From positions 79,422,001-79,486,000 of the forward strand of contig NC_042999.1 of the NCBI RefSeq assembly GCF_006345805.1: 64,000 bases of DNA. Direction: 5' to 3'. Positions 12,236 through 26,947 of the stretch are shown here, one piece after another. Within the stretch, counting starts at the first letter, position 1. Every line of letters starts with the position of its first letter. The notes beneath the pieces were generated by a model, which did not search any database, was not told the DNA's origin, and was given only the letters and a program-made list of their open reading frames with translations. The position numbers and the translations under genes are program-made. The stretch is from Octopus sinensis (taxonomy: Eukaryota).

Positions 12236-13468
12236 TATATATATATGAGAAAGAAAATTTATGAATTACACATACACACACATATAAATACACTCACACA
12301 CACATGCACATATACCCCCACACACACAAGCACGCACACATACACACGCACATACACATGTTATCTTTTTTTAACGATTTGATATATTATTACTCGGAAT
12401 CACTACTGTGACACGGAATCAATGTTAGAATACATTAGTGCATTGTTTGGGATGAGAGAACCAGAATTTATAGAAAACAAGGCAAAGAACAAAATGTAGC
12501 GACTCAGTTAAACCAGTGGAAATGACAAGGTGAAATATGAATATAATTAGTTTTGGTAAAACAGAAGGTACAAGAATAGGTCGATAAAGATATCCCGGAT
12601 CAAGAATACTGAGACGAGGATTGGGATGAATGCACTGGTACTTTAGTATCCATAAAGAAAGCAAGAGCGAGGGTGCTGGAAAATTTTGGTAAAATATTCA
12701 AGTACCCCAACGGCAGAAATGTTGTTGGGAGTTACATGATATGGCTTGATAAGACAGGGATGGAGGAGAATATTCTGAATTTAGGCAAATACTGTGGTAA
12801 CAGGGAGACACGATTCGATTATATTGGACGAACTCAGCGATGAATATTCATTCACGAGAGAAAGAAATAGGAACATACAGAGTATGTACGTGGGATGCAT
12901 TGACCGGATAATATAAAGCCTGAGGTAGGTCACTCGGAGGTTGGGGTGGAGATGGAAGGGATTCTGCATCGAAAATAGATAGTGAAGTAATATCAAAAAA
13001 GGTTCATAAAACAAGTAGGGAGTCTTTGGTGTGTAATACGACCAGCTACAATAAGCAAGCAAAGTCCCCTCATATAATACCCCAGAATCGTAAGTAAGTC
13101 TGTACTATCATAAATAACCAAGGTTTACAAGCAAACAAGAAGAGCAAGAACAAAATCAAGAACAACAACAACAAAATACGCTTCAATTCTTATTCTACTG
13201 CCATCCCTTTCCCCCACTCAGTCTCTCGGTTCCTCAAGATAAGAAAAGGCATCCGCTAATTATGCATTGCTCTCGCTGCTTATAACAGTAAGTTTTATCT
13301 AATTACTTTACCCACTCCAAATCTAATTATTCTGCCATCACACCCAACTAGGATTCTGTCACAAAAATGTTTTATTTTATATGCACTTTCACCAAATTTG
13401 CTATATATATATATATATACATATATATATGTATACACACGCGTACACAAACATATATATATACATAC

Positions 13469-13537
<69 letters not shown>

Positions 13538-13863
13538 GTATATATATGTGTGTATGTGTGTATACATACATATGTAATAGTATATCATCTGTCTATATAT
13601 ATGTGTGTTGATGAATATACATTCATATATAATTGCTCATGTTACGCAGCTTAATATATTGCTTTATATAAAAACAGTTTTCTCTACATTCAAATGTGCA
13701 CTACTATCAAATGCACAAATGAATGCAAGTGCACATATACATAATATACATAACCACGTACACACACCCGAGGTTGCATCGCGCACAGCACGTAGTAGAC
13801 TGCATCACACTCCAACAGTGTAAATTCAACACAAACGCGCGCACACGCTCGCACACATACATG

Positions 13864-13899
<36 letters not shown>

Positions 13900-14699
13900 A
13901 CATTATATATATATATGATATATGCATCAAGACATACAGAGATTCATTTTCTTACTTATGCTGTAAAACATATGATGGAAAACTCAAAGCCCTTTAATAA
14001 CACATCAGTAGCTCCAGCCCTCCCATTTGCTTCCTACCATCACCCCGCCCTCTCATCTCCGTTGCTAAATGTACATACACACATAGTCGTTGCAAAAATG
14101 TAGATCGTGTTGCAATGACATGAACAGCCTCGAAGCTTAGCAAATTAGGTTTTATTGCGAAAACAATATTTTCTCTTCCAGATTGGTGATTTACCGTTTA
14201 TTTTGACCGACCTTTTCCTCAACTGCAAGGTTTTAAAGAAAAAGATATATTTTATTCTATAAAAAGAGCTCTAATATTATTGTCACACTTTCTGCAGCAA
14301 CCGCATTCTTCTGAAATATAGTAATGAACTTAAATTATTTCAGATATTTTAATCATTTGTGGCCTATGAATTATGAGCTTAGATTCTTTTTCCAATAATC
14401 CAAATTCAGCCATATTTTAATCCTGCCGAGTTGGTAGATATCAGATTGCCCCTGTTATATTGGGTATAAATCTGCAAGTATGCTTTGGTTACTGTATTTA
14501 CAAGCTCTTCTTCAATGGTGTATACATGTCACACACACACACATACACACACACGCACACATACATTTATATATATGTGCGTGTGTGTGCGTGTGTAAGA
14601 ATCGATGTAATATGTATGCAAATCATGTGTGTTATGTATGAATGTTAATATGTAATATATATCTGTTGAATATTTATATACGATTAAGTAATTGTTTAC

Positions 14700-15190
14700 G
14701 AAATAGGCCCAAGGCCAGTCATATTGAGGGAGGAGCTAGCCGATACTGCAAAGCATTCTTCTGGCATTCCGACGATTCTACCAATCTAACACACTTATAT
14801 AAGTGAAAATGAATTGTCTTTGAATTCGGCGCAAGGCCAACGGTTACGAAGGGAGGAGACTAGGCATTTGATTGTTAATTTATCTTCTGCACCCCGGGGA
14901 TATAAAAGGTGAGGTTCGAACTAATAACACAATGAGCAAGAACGTTTATTCGGCATTCTAACTATTCTGGCAATTCGCTGCCCTTATACGACTGAAAATT
15001 AATTCTTTCTCTTATACACTCAAGAGGCTGAAATTTTGGAGGAGTTTTCCAGTCAATTACATCGTCCCTTAATTGGTATCTATTTCACCAAGATCGAAAG
15101 GATAAAAACCAAAGTGGCGGAATTTGAACTCAGAACTAACCCCAAGCAATTTGCCTGGCGTACAAACGATACTGCCAGCTGGTCGCCTTG
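14700..15190 (-). mobile_element. Three degenerate SINE family B copies
   Basis: GGCGGAATTTGAACTCAGAA...GCCAGCTGGTCGCC at 15116-15187, plus two more decayed units upstream. Confidence 0.6.
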
Positions 15191-15635
15191 TTTAAGACAG
15201 AAGTAATAACTGTTTACATAGTGTTGTAGCTTCTCCTTGAAGCCAGACCGGACATAATCGAGAACATCGATGATCGAATGTCCTCCTACAATGTCATAAT
15301 TTCTTTATTCTGGCTTAGTTTACGTAAAGCTCAATTAATATACATGTATTCATTCATACATACACGCCCGTATGCATACAGAAATGCATACTGTCTATAT
15401 AAACTTTAAAATTTATTAACACACACACACAAAGACACATACAAACACACAAAGATATACACACATACACACATGTATATACATATATATATATGTGCAT
15501 ATATATATATATACATATATAACATACACACACACACATATATATATACACATACATATATATATATATATACACATACATATATACATACACACACACA
15601 TACATATACACATACATATATATATATATACACAT

Positions 15636-15666
<31 letters not shown>

Positions 15667-16139
15667 CACATACATATATATATAAATATATACATATACA
15701 TATGTATATATATATATTTATATAAATATATATATATATATATATAAACATAAACACATAAATACTCATTCGTATCACATTGTCGTATATTAACGCATGC
15801 GTGTGTGTGTGTGTGTTTGAGTAAAATAATCCTAAAAGATTCCCTGGAGACCATTTTCTTTTCGTTCTAACTTTCTTTCAGTGTTTTGATATTCTGTCTT
15901 TGGTGTAGATACATAGCTTTACATAATACCCACTGCATTCTGACCTCCTTAGATATTATTTTACTTATTAAACAAACATTGAAGCACTTAACCTTGGTTT
16001 CAATAATTCTGTTAAATATATATATTAAATATATATATATGATATATATATATATACACTCACATATATATATAAACATATTAACATATTTATATATATA
16101 TATGTATGTAGTATATATATATATATATTATATATATAT

Positions 16140-16173
<34 letters not shown>

Positions 16174-16241
16174 CGCACGACAGCCACTCAAGCACGTTCA
16201 CATGTATACATACAAAAATACCAAGAGGACATTCCTCATAT

Positions 16242-16284
<43 letters not shown>

Positions 16285-16896
16285 GTATAGAATTTATTTG
16301 CATATATACTACAAGTGAGTAACATAAAACCTACAAAACATCGAAACATAATTAAAATGAATTTGCTTGTTCCCATCAAATATATGATTCCCATCACTGT
16401 CCCATACCTCAGCGACCAACACTCTCGAAATTGACATTCGCTCTGCATGAAAATAGCACATGCCGATATGTGTGCCATACACACACATACACACACACAC
16501 ACAAATACACATATACATATACATATATACATATGCATATATATACATATATATATAAATTTGTATACACATACATATATATAGAATTATTTACACATGT
16601 ACATATATATATATATATAGATATAATTATGTTTGTGTGTATGTAGGTTTGCGTGTACGCGTATGTACACATATATGGATGTAATGATGATGTTCTTAAC
16701 AAAGATAAGAAGAATTCAGTTAAGAAAGAATTCAATATATGATGAATAAGCAAATATTTGGATATTAATAAATAAATACAAGCAACCTGAAAGAAAACCA
16801 AGGAACTGTGGTTGACTTTCTTCGAATTCTAGATGTAGAGGATCATCAAAGTGTTTGATAATTCTCTTTGGCCAAACTATATATGTATGTGTATAA

Positions 16897-16927
<31 letters not shown>

Positions 16928-17318
16928 TGTATGTATGTATGTATGTATGTATGTATGTATGTATGTATGTATGTATGCATGTATGTATGTATATATGTAT
17001 ATATATATATATCTTTACTGTGTCTGTCTGCCTGCTTCACCCCACCTCTCTCCTGTATATGTATATATATATATATAGATAATATATACATATATATATA
17101 TGTATACACATGTACGTGTATATATATATATATATACTATATATATATATATATATGTATGTATTTATGTACATACACATATGGTTATAATTGTATCTAA
17201 TACTTGTAGGTATATTATGTGTGCATATATTGTGTATAAACATGAACGTATATAATTACTTAGATAAATAAATTGGTGGCTGCAAGCATATTCTCGTGCA
17301 TGCATTTTCACACACACA

Positions 17319-17365
<47 letters not shown>

Positions 17366-17557
17366 GTATATGGAGTTAAGTATGTATGTCACTACATATA
17401 TACATTTATATATGTATATTCATATCTATATCTATGTATGTATGTATTTATGTATGTATACATGTATGAATGCATGTATGTATGCATGCTTGTACTTATG
17501 CCTGTAAGTTTGCACGTATGCATGTATGTATGCGTGTATATGTATATATTTAATACC

Positions 17558-17595
<38 letters not shown>

Positions 17596-18491
17596 CACAT
17601 ATACACACATACACACACACTCACAGCAAACATACACACACACATGCATAAATAGTCAGATAGGCATAAAGTATTATTTCATATGTATTTCACATTTACC
17701 AAAACTATTTCTAAACATAACTAAAATGTTAGTTGTTGATGTGAAAGTGTGATGTATTTTTTATTTCGTTCTTTGTTTTTTTTCCCCTCCTTATGTTTAT
17801 GATTTTGTAGGTCTGCTTGTGCCTTTGTTACAAAGTGTCTTCTAGCCCTTCTTACTTTTCTTTCTTTATTGTGTCTGTCTGCCTGCTTCCCCCCTCTCTC
17901 TCACTCTCTTCTCTCTCTCTCTCTGTCTGAAATCTACGCTTACACATCGTGGTTTCGTAAAAATTACTTTCTTTGAAAATTCTTTCACCTATCACCCTAT
18001 ATATACTGATATGATTACCATCATCCCCTTGATCACTCCAAATCTTAATATCTAATAAAAGCATCAATTTTTCTGTGAGAGTAGGAAGAAGATAATCCTA
18101 TGTTTGAGGGATAATTTGATAACTATTTCTAGCTGGTTGAAGTAGTGAGTGGAAACAGGCACGTTCGCTCTTGTTATTCGTAAAGTCTAGGCTACGCCCG
18201 CCTTGATAATATAAATCTATGATTACTGACGTTCCGTCACTGACCATTTTCTTTCCCTTTTTCCAGGTATTACATAATCCAATATAATCCTATTTGTTCA
18301 AGAAAACTAAGTGTTTGTCTGCTATTTCTAGTACAACAAAGTACGCAGAAGCTACCTCATTGGCTCGCAGATTTTATTTCTGACACACTTTTTTTTTTCC
18401 AACGGTCGGGGGTTTAGAGGGATAGATAGCGCCCTCCATCAAAACTGGTCCAGCGTTATACAGTCACTCGCATTGGCAAATTTTGAGCTGT

Positions 18492-19338
18492 ACCAATATT
18501 TTCTTTTAATTCTTTCCTTAGTTCTATTCGTCTCTCTTTCTCTCCTTTCTCTCTCTCTCTCTTTCATTCTTTCTCACTCTTTCATTTCTCTCTTTCTCTC
18601 TCTTTCATTCTCTCTTTTTTCTCTCTCTCCCTCTTTCAGTTAGTCTGTGTGTGTTTCTTTCTCTTTCTCTTTCTCTCTCTCTCTGTTTCTCCCTATCTAT
18701 CAGTCTCCCACATTGTAACACATCTCGATATTGTCTCTATTTGTCTCATCTCCACATGGTACAGAACAAAATGTACCATATTTGGAATTCATTCCATTCG
18801 TTAAGGGAAAGGCATGGCTGCCTCAACTATTCGTTTCTCCTTCCATAATGGTAAGGAATATGAACGTCTATTAGTGAAGTAATTACAAACACATTCATAG
18901 CATGCTAAGGTTGTAGGGACCAAAGTTATAATTTCAACGAATAGATATACTGGTCATTATTTCAACCTACGGTTGGAGTCTATTTGTATCACTTTATGCA
19001 GTTAAAACTCTTGGGAAATGCATAAATGTTCCAACTTTCCATTTTCTACATAGCCAAGGAAGCTAATAATTATAAAACAGAAAGAATTAACAAAAGCAGA
19101 AGAAACAATGACAGCGAAAACAATAAAAGCAATAATACGAATTAACAATAATAATAACACAAACAACAACAACAACAGAAGACAAACGGCAATGACACCA
19201 GCAAACAACAATAACAAAAAAAAAAATAACAATAACGGAAAGTAACAACACTCACACCCGCACACACAAAGAAAACGAACAACAATCACACAAAAAAAAA
19301 ATGGCAATACCAAAACAAGTGCAGCAAATGATTAGCTA

Positions 19339-19369
<31 letters not shown>

Positions 19370-20026
19370 GGTGGTAAGCAGCCACAGCAACTGCAGCAGC
19401 AAGAATTACGGTAGTTACAAGGCAGCCAATGGCGGCAATAGTGAAATCTGATTGACACTTGCACATATTTAATGGCATTAGTCGACGGCGGAGGTGGAGT
19501 ACAATTAAGAGTTTGTTAATTGCGACACATGGGTCCCCTAATTTAAACATAAACTAATCGAAACCTCGTCAGTTCACCCCTACCACCGCCACTATTATAA
19601 ACACCCTCGCTACCACCTTCATCACCACTACAACTGTGTTTGTTATGTTTTTTTTGTTTTTTTTTTACTTTCGTTTCTAAATTGGAAATATCACCGATAC
19701 TCTGGAGAATCACCAATATTTCCTTTTAACTCTTTCCTTCCTTAGTTCTTCTATTCGTCTCTCTTTCTCTCCTTTCTCTCTCTCTTTTTACCATCATTCT
19801 CTCTCTTTCTCTCTGTTCCTCTCTCCTATGTCTCTCTCGGTTAGTCTGTGTGTGTTTATTTCTCTTTCTCTCTCTTTCTTTCTCTCTCCTTTTCTCTCTA
19901 TGTCTCAGTCAGTCTGTGTGTGTTTCTCTCTCTCTCTCTCGCTCTCTGTTTCTCCCTATCTATCAATCTCCCACATCGTAACACACCTCGATATCGTCTC
20001 TATTTGTCTCATCTCCACATGTACAG
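18492..20026 (+). repeat. Local direct duplication: 18492-18765 repeated at 19712-20026
   Basis: Shared ACCAATATTT...TTAGTTCT...CTCCCACATYGTAACACAYCTCGATAT...CTCATCTCCACATG. Confidence 0.85.
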
Positions 20027-20139
20027 ATTCCCTTCATCTCTCTCTCTCTCTCTTTTCCTCCGCTCTCTCTATCTCACCCCTCCCGTTCTCGCTCTCTCTT
20101 ACACACAATCTCTCACAGAACTGCAACCACACACACACA

Positions 20140-21030
20140 CACACACACAAACACACACATACAAACACAAATACCTCCTCACCCTCCATTTTCACATTTC
20201 CTCTATATTTTTTTTCACTACCGTACACCATGTTTTCTTTCTCTATATTCCTTTATTTATTACACACGTTTACTGTACCCTCTCTTACTCCCTTTCTTTC
20301 TTCCCTCTCTATCTCTGCTTCTCCTCTAAACTCCACATACACCTACACACAGGCCTTCAATCTTTCTTCCTCTTCACCACACACATTCATATATTATTCC
20401 CTCTCTTCCGTACATTTACGCTTCACCTTTATTTCCTGTACACACGTTCTTTCTACTTATCTCTCTTTTTACCATCAGCTATTTCTCCAGTACATATGCA
20501 CTTCCTGTCTTCCTCTGTTGTGTGCATACCACTTTTAGCACTTTCTCTTTCTCTCTCTCTCTCTTTCTCTCACAAACACAACACACACACACACAAACAC
20601 ACACATACAAACACAAATACCTCCTCACCCTCCATTTTCACATTTCCTCTATATTTTTTTTCACTACCGTACACCATGTTTTCTTTCTCTATATTCCTTT
20701 ATTTATTACACACGTTTACTGTACCCTCTCTTACTCCCTTTCTTTCTTCCTCTCTATCTCTGCTTCTCCTCTAAACTCCACATACACCTACACACAGGCC
20801 TTCAATCTTTCTTCCTCTTCACCACACACATTCATATATATTCCCTCTCTTCCGTACATTTACGCTTCACCTTTATTTCCTGTACACACGTTCTTTCTAC
20901 TTATCTCTCTTTTTACCATCAGCTATTTCTCCAGTACATATGCACTTCCTGTCTTCCTCTGTTGTGTGCATACCACTTTTAGCACTTTCTCTTTCTCTCT
21001 CTCTTTCTCTCACAAACACACACACACACA
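20140..21030 (+). repeat. Near-identical tandem duplication of about 445 bp
   Basis: 20140-20580 repeated at 20585-21030 with only a few small indels; unit boundaries lie in (CA)n. Confidence 0.92.
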
Positions 21031-21354
21031 CACACACATTTTACACTGTCACTCTCCTCTTCCTTGCTATCTTATGCTTATTTACCCACTCTTTCGAAAA
21101 ATACCGCTAATTTTAATCTACCTGTCACAAACGTCACCATTTCTACCTATGATACTTTTATCCCATCAGTTTTCTCCCCCACCCCCGCCATACGCACACA
21201 CATACTCACACACGCACACACTCACGCACACGCAAACACATGTATGTATTTGTGTGTGTGTGTGGGGGGGGGGGCGCATGCACATGCTTATATTTATTTG
21301 GAATAAAGCCCTACAGAGAAGCTAACGTTTCAAATCTGATAATTTTATTCTGGG

Positions 21355-21830
21355 TAGGCGTGGTTATATGTTAAGAAACTTGCTTCAAAAACCACATGGT
21401 TTGCGGGGTGGTGGGGTTCAATCCCACTGCATGGGTCCCACTGCACCTTGGACTAGTGTCTTCTGCAATGGCGGGTCGACCAAAGTCTTCTGAGTGCATT
21501 TGGTAGACGAGTTGTCTTGTTAACCGACAAAAAAGAGTATCTGTCTACCACAGACATTCATATACAAGCTAATATCGAACAGTGTGAATGAGTGTTCAGT
21601 ACCGCACTGGTGTGGATAAATATTTTTTATTTCTGGGTTAACAAGGCTACCAATGCTTTCGTGTAAAGAGGAATCACTTTTCAATTTTCAAGTCGGTCAT
21701 GTATGAATATATATTTATATATATATGTTTGTATGTGTCTTTGTGTTAGTCCCACCACTTCCACTTGACAAGCGGTGTTAGTTTGTTCAGCTTCCCGTAA
21801 CAAAGGAACCGATAGTAGAATAAGTACCAG
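21355..21830 (+). mobile_element. Degenerate SINE family A
   Basis: GGTTCAATCCCACTGC...GTGTCTTCT...TTGGTAGACG and CTTGACAAGCGGTG...AATAAGTACCAG. Confidence 0.65.
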
Positions 21831-21834
21831 ATAT

Positions 21835-22395
21835 TCTTTTCTGCTCTAGGCACAAGGCCCAAAATTTTGAGGGAGGGGACCAGTCGATTATATCGACCCC
21901 AGGACGCAACTCATACTTAATTTATCGACCCCGAAAGGATGAAAGGCAAAGTCGACCTCGGCGGAATTTGAACTCAGAACGTAAAGGCAGACGAAATACC
22001 TCTAAGCATTTCGCCCGGCATGCTAACGTTTCTTTTCTACTCTAGGGCACAAGGCCCGAAGTTTTGGGGGACGGGGTCAGTCGATTAGATCGACCCCAGT
22101 ACGTAACTGATATTTAATTTATCGACCCAGAAAGGATGAAAGGCAAAGTCAACCTCGGTGGAATTTGAACTCAGAACGTAAAGGCAGACGAAGTACCGCT
22201 AAGCATTTCACCCGGCGTGCTAACGTTTCTGCCAGCTCGCCGCCTTAAAGATTGTTGTAGAATCTTTTCCACTCTAGGCACAAGACCCAATTTTAGGGGG
22301 AGGGGGCAAGTCGATTAAATTGACCCCAGTACATAACTGGTACTTAATTTATCGACCTCGAAAAGATGAAAGGCAAAATCGACCTCGGCGGAATT
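21835..22395 (-). mobile_element. SINE family B trimer
   Basis: Three well-preserved units starting at about 21835, 22033 and 22263. Confidence 0.9.
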
Positions 22396-22607
22396 ACCAC
22401 ATATTAAGAAAAAAATATTTGTACTCGGGCCAATTTTTTCCACTTAACCCTTCAATGCGGGGCTCCGGCATGGCCACAATTTAGTGACTGAAATAAGTAA
22501 AAGACAAAACATAAAGAAAAAGAAATCATAGCCTCATAATAATCCTTCTTCTCTTCGTTCCACTTCTCGGTCGTCTCGTTCTGATGCACTGCTTCATACG
22601 ACAAGTA

Positions 22608-22668
22608 TTGATAGGACCTCAATATCTCTTGATAGGACCTCAATATCTCTTGATAGGATCCCAATATA
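22608..22668. repeat. 21-bp tandem repeat (TTGATAGGACCTCAATATCTC, about 2.7 copies)
   Basis: Direct inspection. Confidence 0.85.
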
Positions 22669-23930
22669 TTTCTTCGACTAATGAAGAAATAGGCCCCACA
22701 TTTCATAACAAGAAAACTTTAAAATATTCATTAGTGTTACTGTTCTGTGATTACAACTGACTAGATCGATGTGATTTACAACCTATAATCGTACCTTTGA
22801 AGCTAAGCTGACGTGGAAAATCCATACCACACAGGGTCTTCGAAGAAAAAAATGCGAGTCCCTTCTTCATCATGATGAGTAATCGCTTGATTTATAAGAA
22901 ACAGTACGTAAAGCTAACTTTGCTGTTTTAGAAAAATAAAGATATATCCAGGCAGTGATAAAGTGTCTATGTTATCTCTCGATTTGCTAGATATATGAGT
23001 CAAATTCATTCAATTTATACCGTATCGTCTTTAACAGCGGAAGAGCAAGAGAGTGTCACGATTGCTATGTTTTGGGACATTTGTTTGTTCAGCATTGACC
23101 GACGTGGAGCTAACAGCAAGGAAAGGCACTCGAAAATATAATGGAACTGCCATGGTTTATGGCCATTTCCTTACCACCAAAACGTACCACTGATCTTCCT
23201 TTTAACTCCCGCCTCTCTCAGTCTCTGCTGGCCTCCCCCCCCCCCGCACACATCTATAACTTCTATATTTTTCATTCTCACTTTCCATATTTATTTATTT
23301 AGTTATCTATTTATTTTGGCGTTTTTTTTTCTATTTTCTGTAACTCATTCCTTCTGTTATTTTGTTTATTTTTTTCTTTATATCATTTAGCTCATATATT
23401 CTTTCTTTTTCTTCTCTTTCCTTCTCTTATTTATTTACCCATTTATTTCACTTTTCTTTCTGTTATTTTTTTTTCCTCCTGCCCCTTTGCTACTCTACAA
23501 TCTCCATTTTGCCTCACTAACCATAATTAGCAAAAATAAGTGAACAAATAAATTAATAAAAATATGTATAAATAAACAAATAAATTAATAAAAATATGTA
23601 TAAATAAACAAATAAAAATCACCCCAGAAGAATTCAACCTCACTATTTGAAATTACATTTATTTCAAGAAACTGTTAATTTAAAAACAAAACAAAAGTCC
23701 ACAAAAACAACAGCAACAACAAAATCCCTTTCCTCCAGACACACACCAAAAGCACGCCCCAAAACAAGACTATGTTCAATTATAAAAATTCCATCACATA
23801 TCTCCACTCTTATCCACAACATAAGCTACCCCTACCCCGATACAGTTTATAAATATATCGCACATCCTCCCAGTTCAGTCTTTTATGACAATAATTCTTT
23901 CTTCCCTTTCAACCTCCTTTCTTCAGCCTC

Positions 23931-23984
<54 letters not shown>

Positions 23985-24446
23985 CTCTGTCTCTCCATAC
24001 ACATACGCACACACACTTAGTTGCGACCCTTCCCCAAACTCTGAACTACTCCGTTACATCAATAATAAGAAAAACTTCTAGCTGGCCACTCGACTTGCTT
24101 GGAATATCAACGTAAACTCCCTCATAAAAACCACCACCACCACCACTACCACCACCACCACCACCACCACCACTACCACCACCACCACCACCACCACTAC
24201 CACCACCACTACCGTTAGTACCGTAGCCTTTTCCTCCATCACCAAGAAGCTTTATACAGTCTTACGAGCTGCTATAAATAGCAGTTACATCTCCCTCAAA
24301 TTACATCCGACCATTTAAAAAGAGAAACTGGAAGACATATTGAATTATGTAGTCCTAGTTACACTGGCCTTGAAAAGAAAACGGGAATGGATACGGTTGA
24401 AATAACCTCGCCCTAGATTGGTCAACTGAATCAATATTGTATAAAT

Positions 24447-24772
24447 CGGCGAGCTGGTAGAAATGTGAGCACGCCGGGCGAAATGCGTAGCCGTATTTCG
24501 TCTGCCGCTACGTTCTGGGTTGATTAAATAAGTACCAGTTACGCACTGGAGTCGATATAATCCACTTAATCCGTTTGTCTGTCCTTGTTTGTCTTCTCTG
24601 TGTTTGGCCCCTTGTGGGTAGTATTTCGTTCTGAGTTCAAATCCCGCCGTAGTCGACTTTGCCTTTCATCATTTCAGGGTCGATAAATTAAGTACCAGTT
24701 GAGCACTGGGCTCACGTAATCGACTTACCCCTTTTCCCAAAATTGCTGGCAATCGGCCAAAATTTGAAACCA
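24447..24772 (+). mobile_element. SINE family B dimer
   Basis: GGCGAGCTGGTAGAAATG...; second unit GTTCTGAGTTCAAATCCCGCC...GATAAATTAAGTACCAG. Confidence 0.85.
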
Positions 24773-25808
24773 ATATTATTGAAGTGACATCTACAATGAC
24801 CAGATGTTATGGAGGGAGGACACAATAGATTTAATTTACTTCCACTTATTGTCTAATCTGTATTTGAAGGATCCTACAAAAGACGAACATATAGACGACG
24901 CTAGCGGAATTTGAACTCATAACATTATGGGGTCGAGCCCAAATAAATAACCCAGTGTATGTATTTTTATTTTACTCTAACGTCTAACCAGTTCCCTTTT
25001 TTACTAATCAATTCACTGATTTTACTATAATACTTCCACATCATGATAACTGTTACAAATGCAATACCTCCCACGCATAGGCTAAAGCACACGTGCATAC
25101 AGAAAGAAAGAGAGTGAAAGAGAGGGAGAGGGAAAGACCTTATTGCAACCAGTTCCAACTCCACCAAGTACCAAGTGTTTGTTTATTCACCATACAGAAA
25201 TCTGCTTACATTCAAGTATCTCAAGGTCACTCATTGAGTGACTTAAAGTCTAAGTCATGCCAAGTACCGTAAGTGATTGGCTTTTATATATATATTTTTT
25301 AATGTTTTACCTTGCGATAGACTGCAGGTTTTAAAATAATCTCAACCCCAATGAAGCAGGACATCTGATCTCTTCACAATTGCCAAACACTGAATAGTGT
25401 CTTTACTTTGCTTTAGTTTATTTGCTTTTGTTTCATCCATATAAGCATACGTGTATAAGATGTGTGTGTTTCTAGACATACATACATGCATGCATACATA
25501 CATATACACACACAAACATATCCAAGCATACTTGTATATATACAAACACACACACACACACACACATAGCTACTAGATAGGTTTATTTTCATGTATGTCC
25601 ATAGGTGCATATTTCATATATACATATGTGGTGTGTGTCTGTGTGTGTGTATTTGTGTGTGTATGTATTAAAAGTACTGAACAAAATATAAAACTACATT
25701 TTATGTAGCTCAAACATTGTCCGGTATAGAATTTAATACGTTGGATGCATTGGACACAAACACACACACACACAAGACTACACACACGCCGCACCTCACA
25801 TATGTATA

Positions 25809-25865
<57 letters not shown>

Positions 25866-26605
25866 GCACACACCTATGCGTACATAGATAAATACACACA
25901 CATATACGTATATCTGTTTGTTATGAATATGTCAAGTGTGGGTGTTAAAGACTAGTGCAGGGGTAATGTTAGCATACAATTTAAAAAAACTGAAAAATGC
26001 CACCAACCGTCGGCTAAATTAAAACTTACCTACCGTTCAGTACCGTGCGTTGAGCGGCGGTTTGAACCATGTTCTGATTTTAATTGCCGCTAAGTACCAT
26101 CATATCTACGTAAGTGTTGACACGTTTGTATATTTGAGTGCGTGTCAGTTATAAGTGGGAAGATGAATGTGTGTTTGTGCTTGAGTGTGTAAGTGTTACT
26201 GTATGTTAATATATCTATGTGTGTTCTTGCATTTATATCTATGTGTGCATGAATATATTTTCATACGCATGTTTGTGTGCTTAATACGTACATGCATATG
26301 TATTCGAGCTCTTTCTTACGCAGACATAAGCATATGTGTGTGTGTAATTGTAACATCTTGATGAATATGCCTCGTGTGTATTTATATGGTTCTGGACGTA
26401 ACTGACTGACTACTGCCGAATCAATTGTCTCCAATTCAGAAATCTCTCACGTATCAACGTTTCCAGTAAAAGTCAGAAAATTACACAGACCTAGACAGTC
26501 GCTGAGGAGGAAGGCTTCAGTATTAAACCATCCCCACTTCACAAAACTACGCCGCGCATCATATATATCGACATATTGACTAGAGTTCGTTGTTTTCGCC
26601 ATACT

Positions 26606-26662
<57 letters not shown>

Positions 26663-26910
26663 AAGAGAGAGTGAGAGATAAATAGAGATAGATAGATCAT
26701 AGATAGATTCATACCTACATGCATATATGCATGCATACATATCGACGTACATAAATACATAAATATCTATATATTTATGTATATGTATGTATGTATGCCT
26801 GAATGCAAGCATATATGTATGTATCTATTTATCTATCTATGATCTCTCTTTCACTCACTCTCTCTCTCTCTATCTACGTACCTACCTACCTATCAAATCA
26901 ATCTACCTAC

Positions 26911-26947
<37 letters not shown>

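Noticed and set aside
12400-13100. Purine-rich stretch resembling decayed coding DNA (also 8440-8900)
   Set aside because: Probably ancient LINE debris, but no diagnostic motif could be recovered
19828-21325. Long ORFs of 236-308 aa on the + strand
   Set aside because: Pyrimidine-rich low-complexity duplicated DNA open in several frames; no recognisable domain
21835-22395. Regularly repeated units resembling a CRISPR-like array
   Set aside because: Units are ~200-bp SINEs without unique spacers, in a eukaryotic context with no cas genes
23543-23612. Short tandem duplications (32 bp here; 21 bp near 32377; about 41 bp x3 at 47264-47400)
   Set aside because: Ordinary slippage repeats in AT-rich DNA
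26020-26050. Minus-strand TAG|GTAAGT (and AAG|GTAAGTAT at about 40985)
   Set aside because: No polypyrimidine tract or compatible exon, so not called as recursive sites
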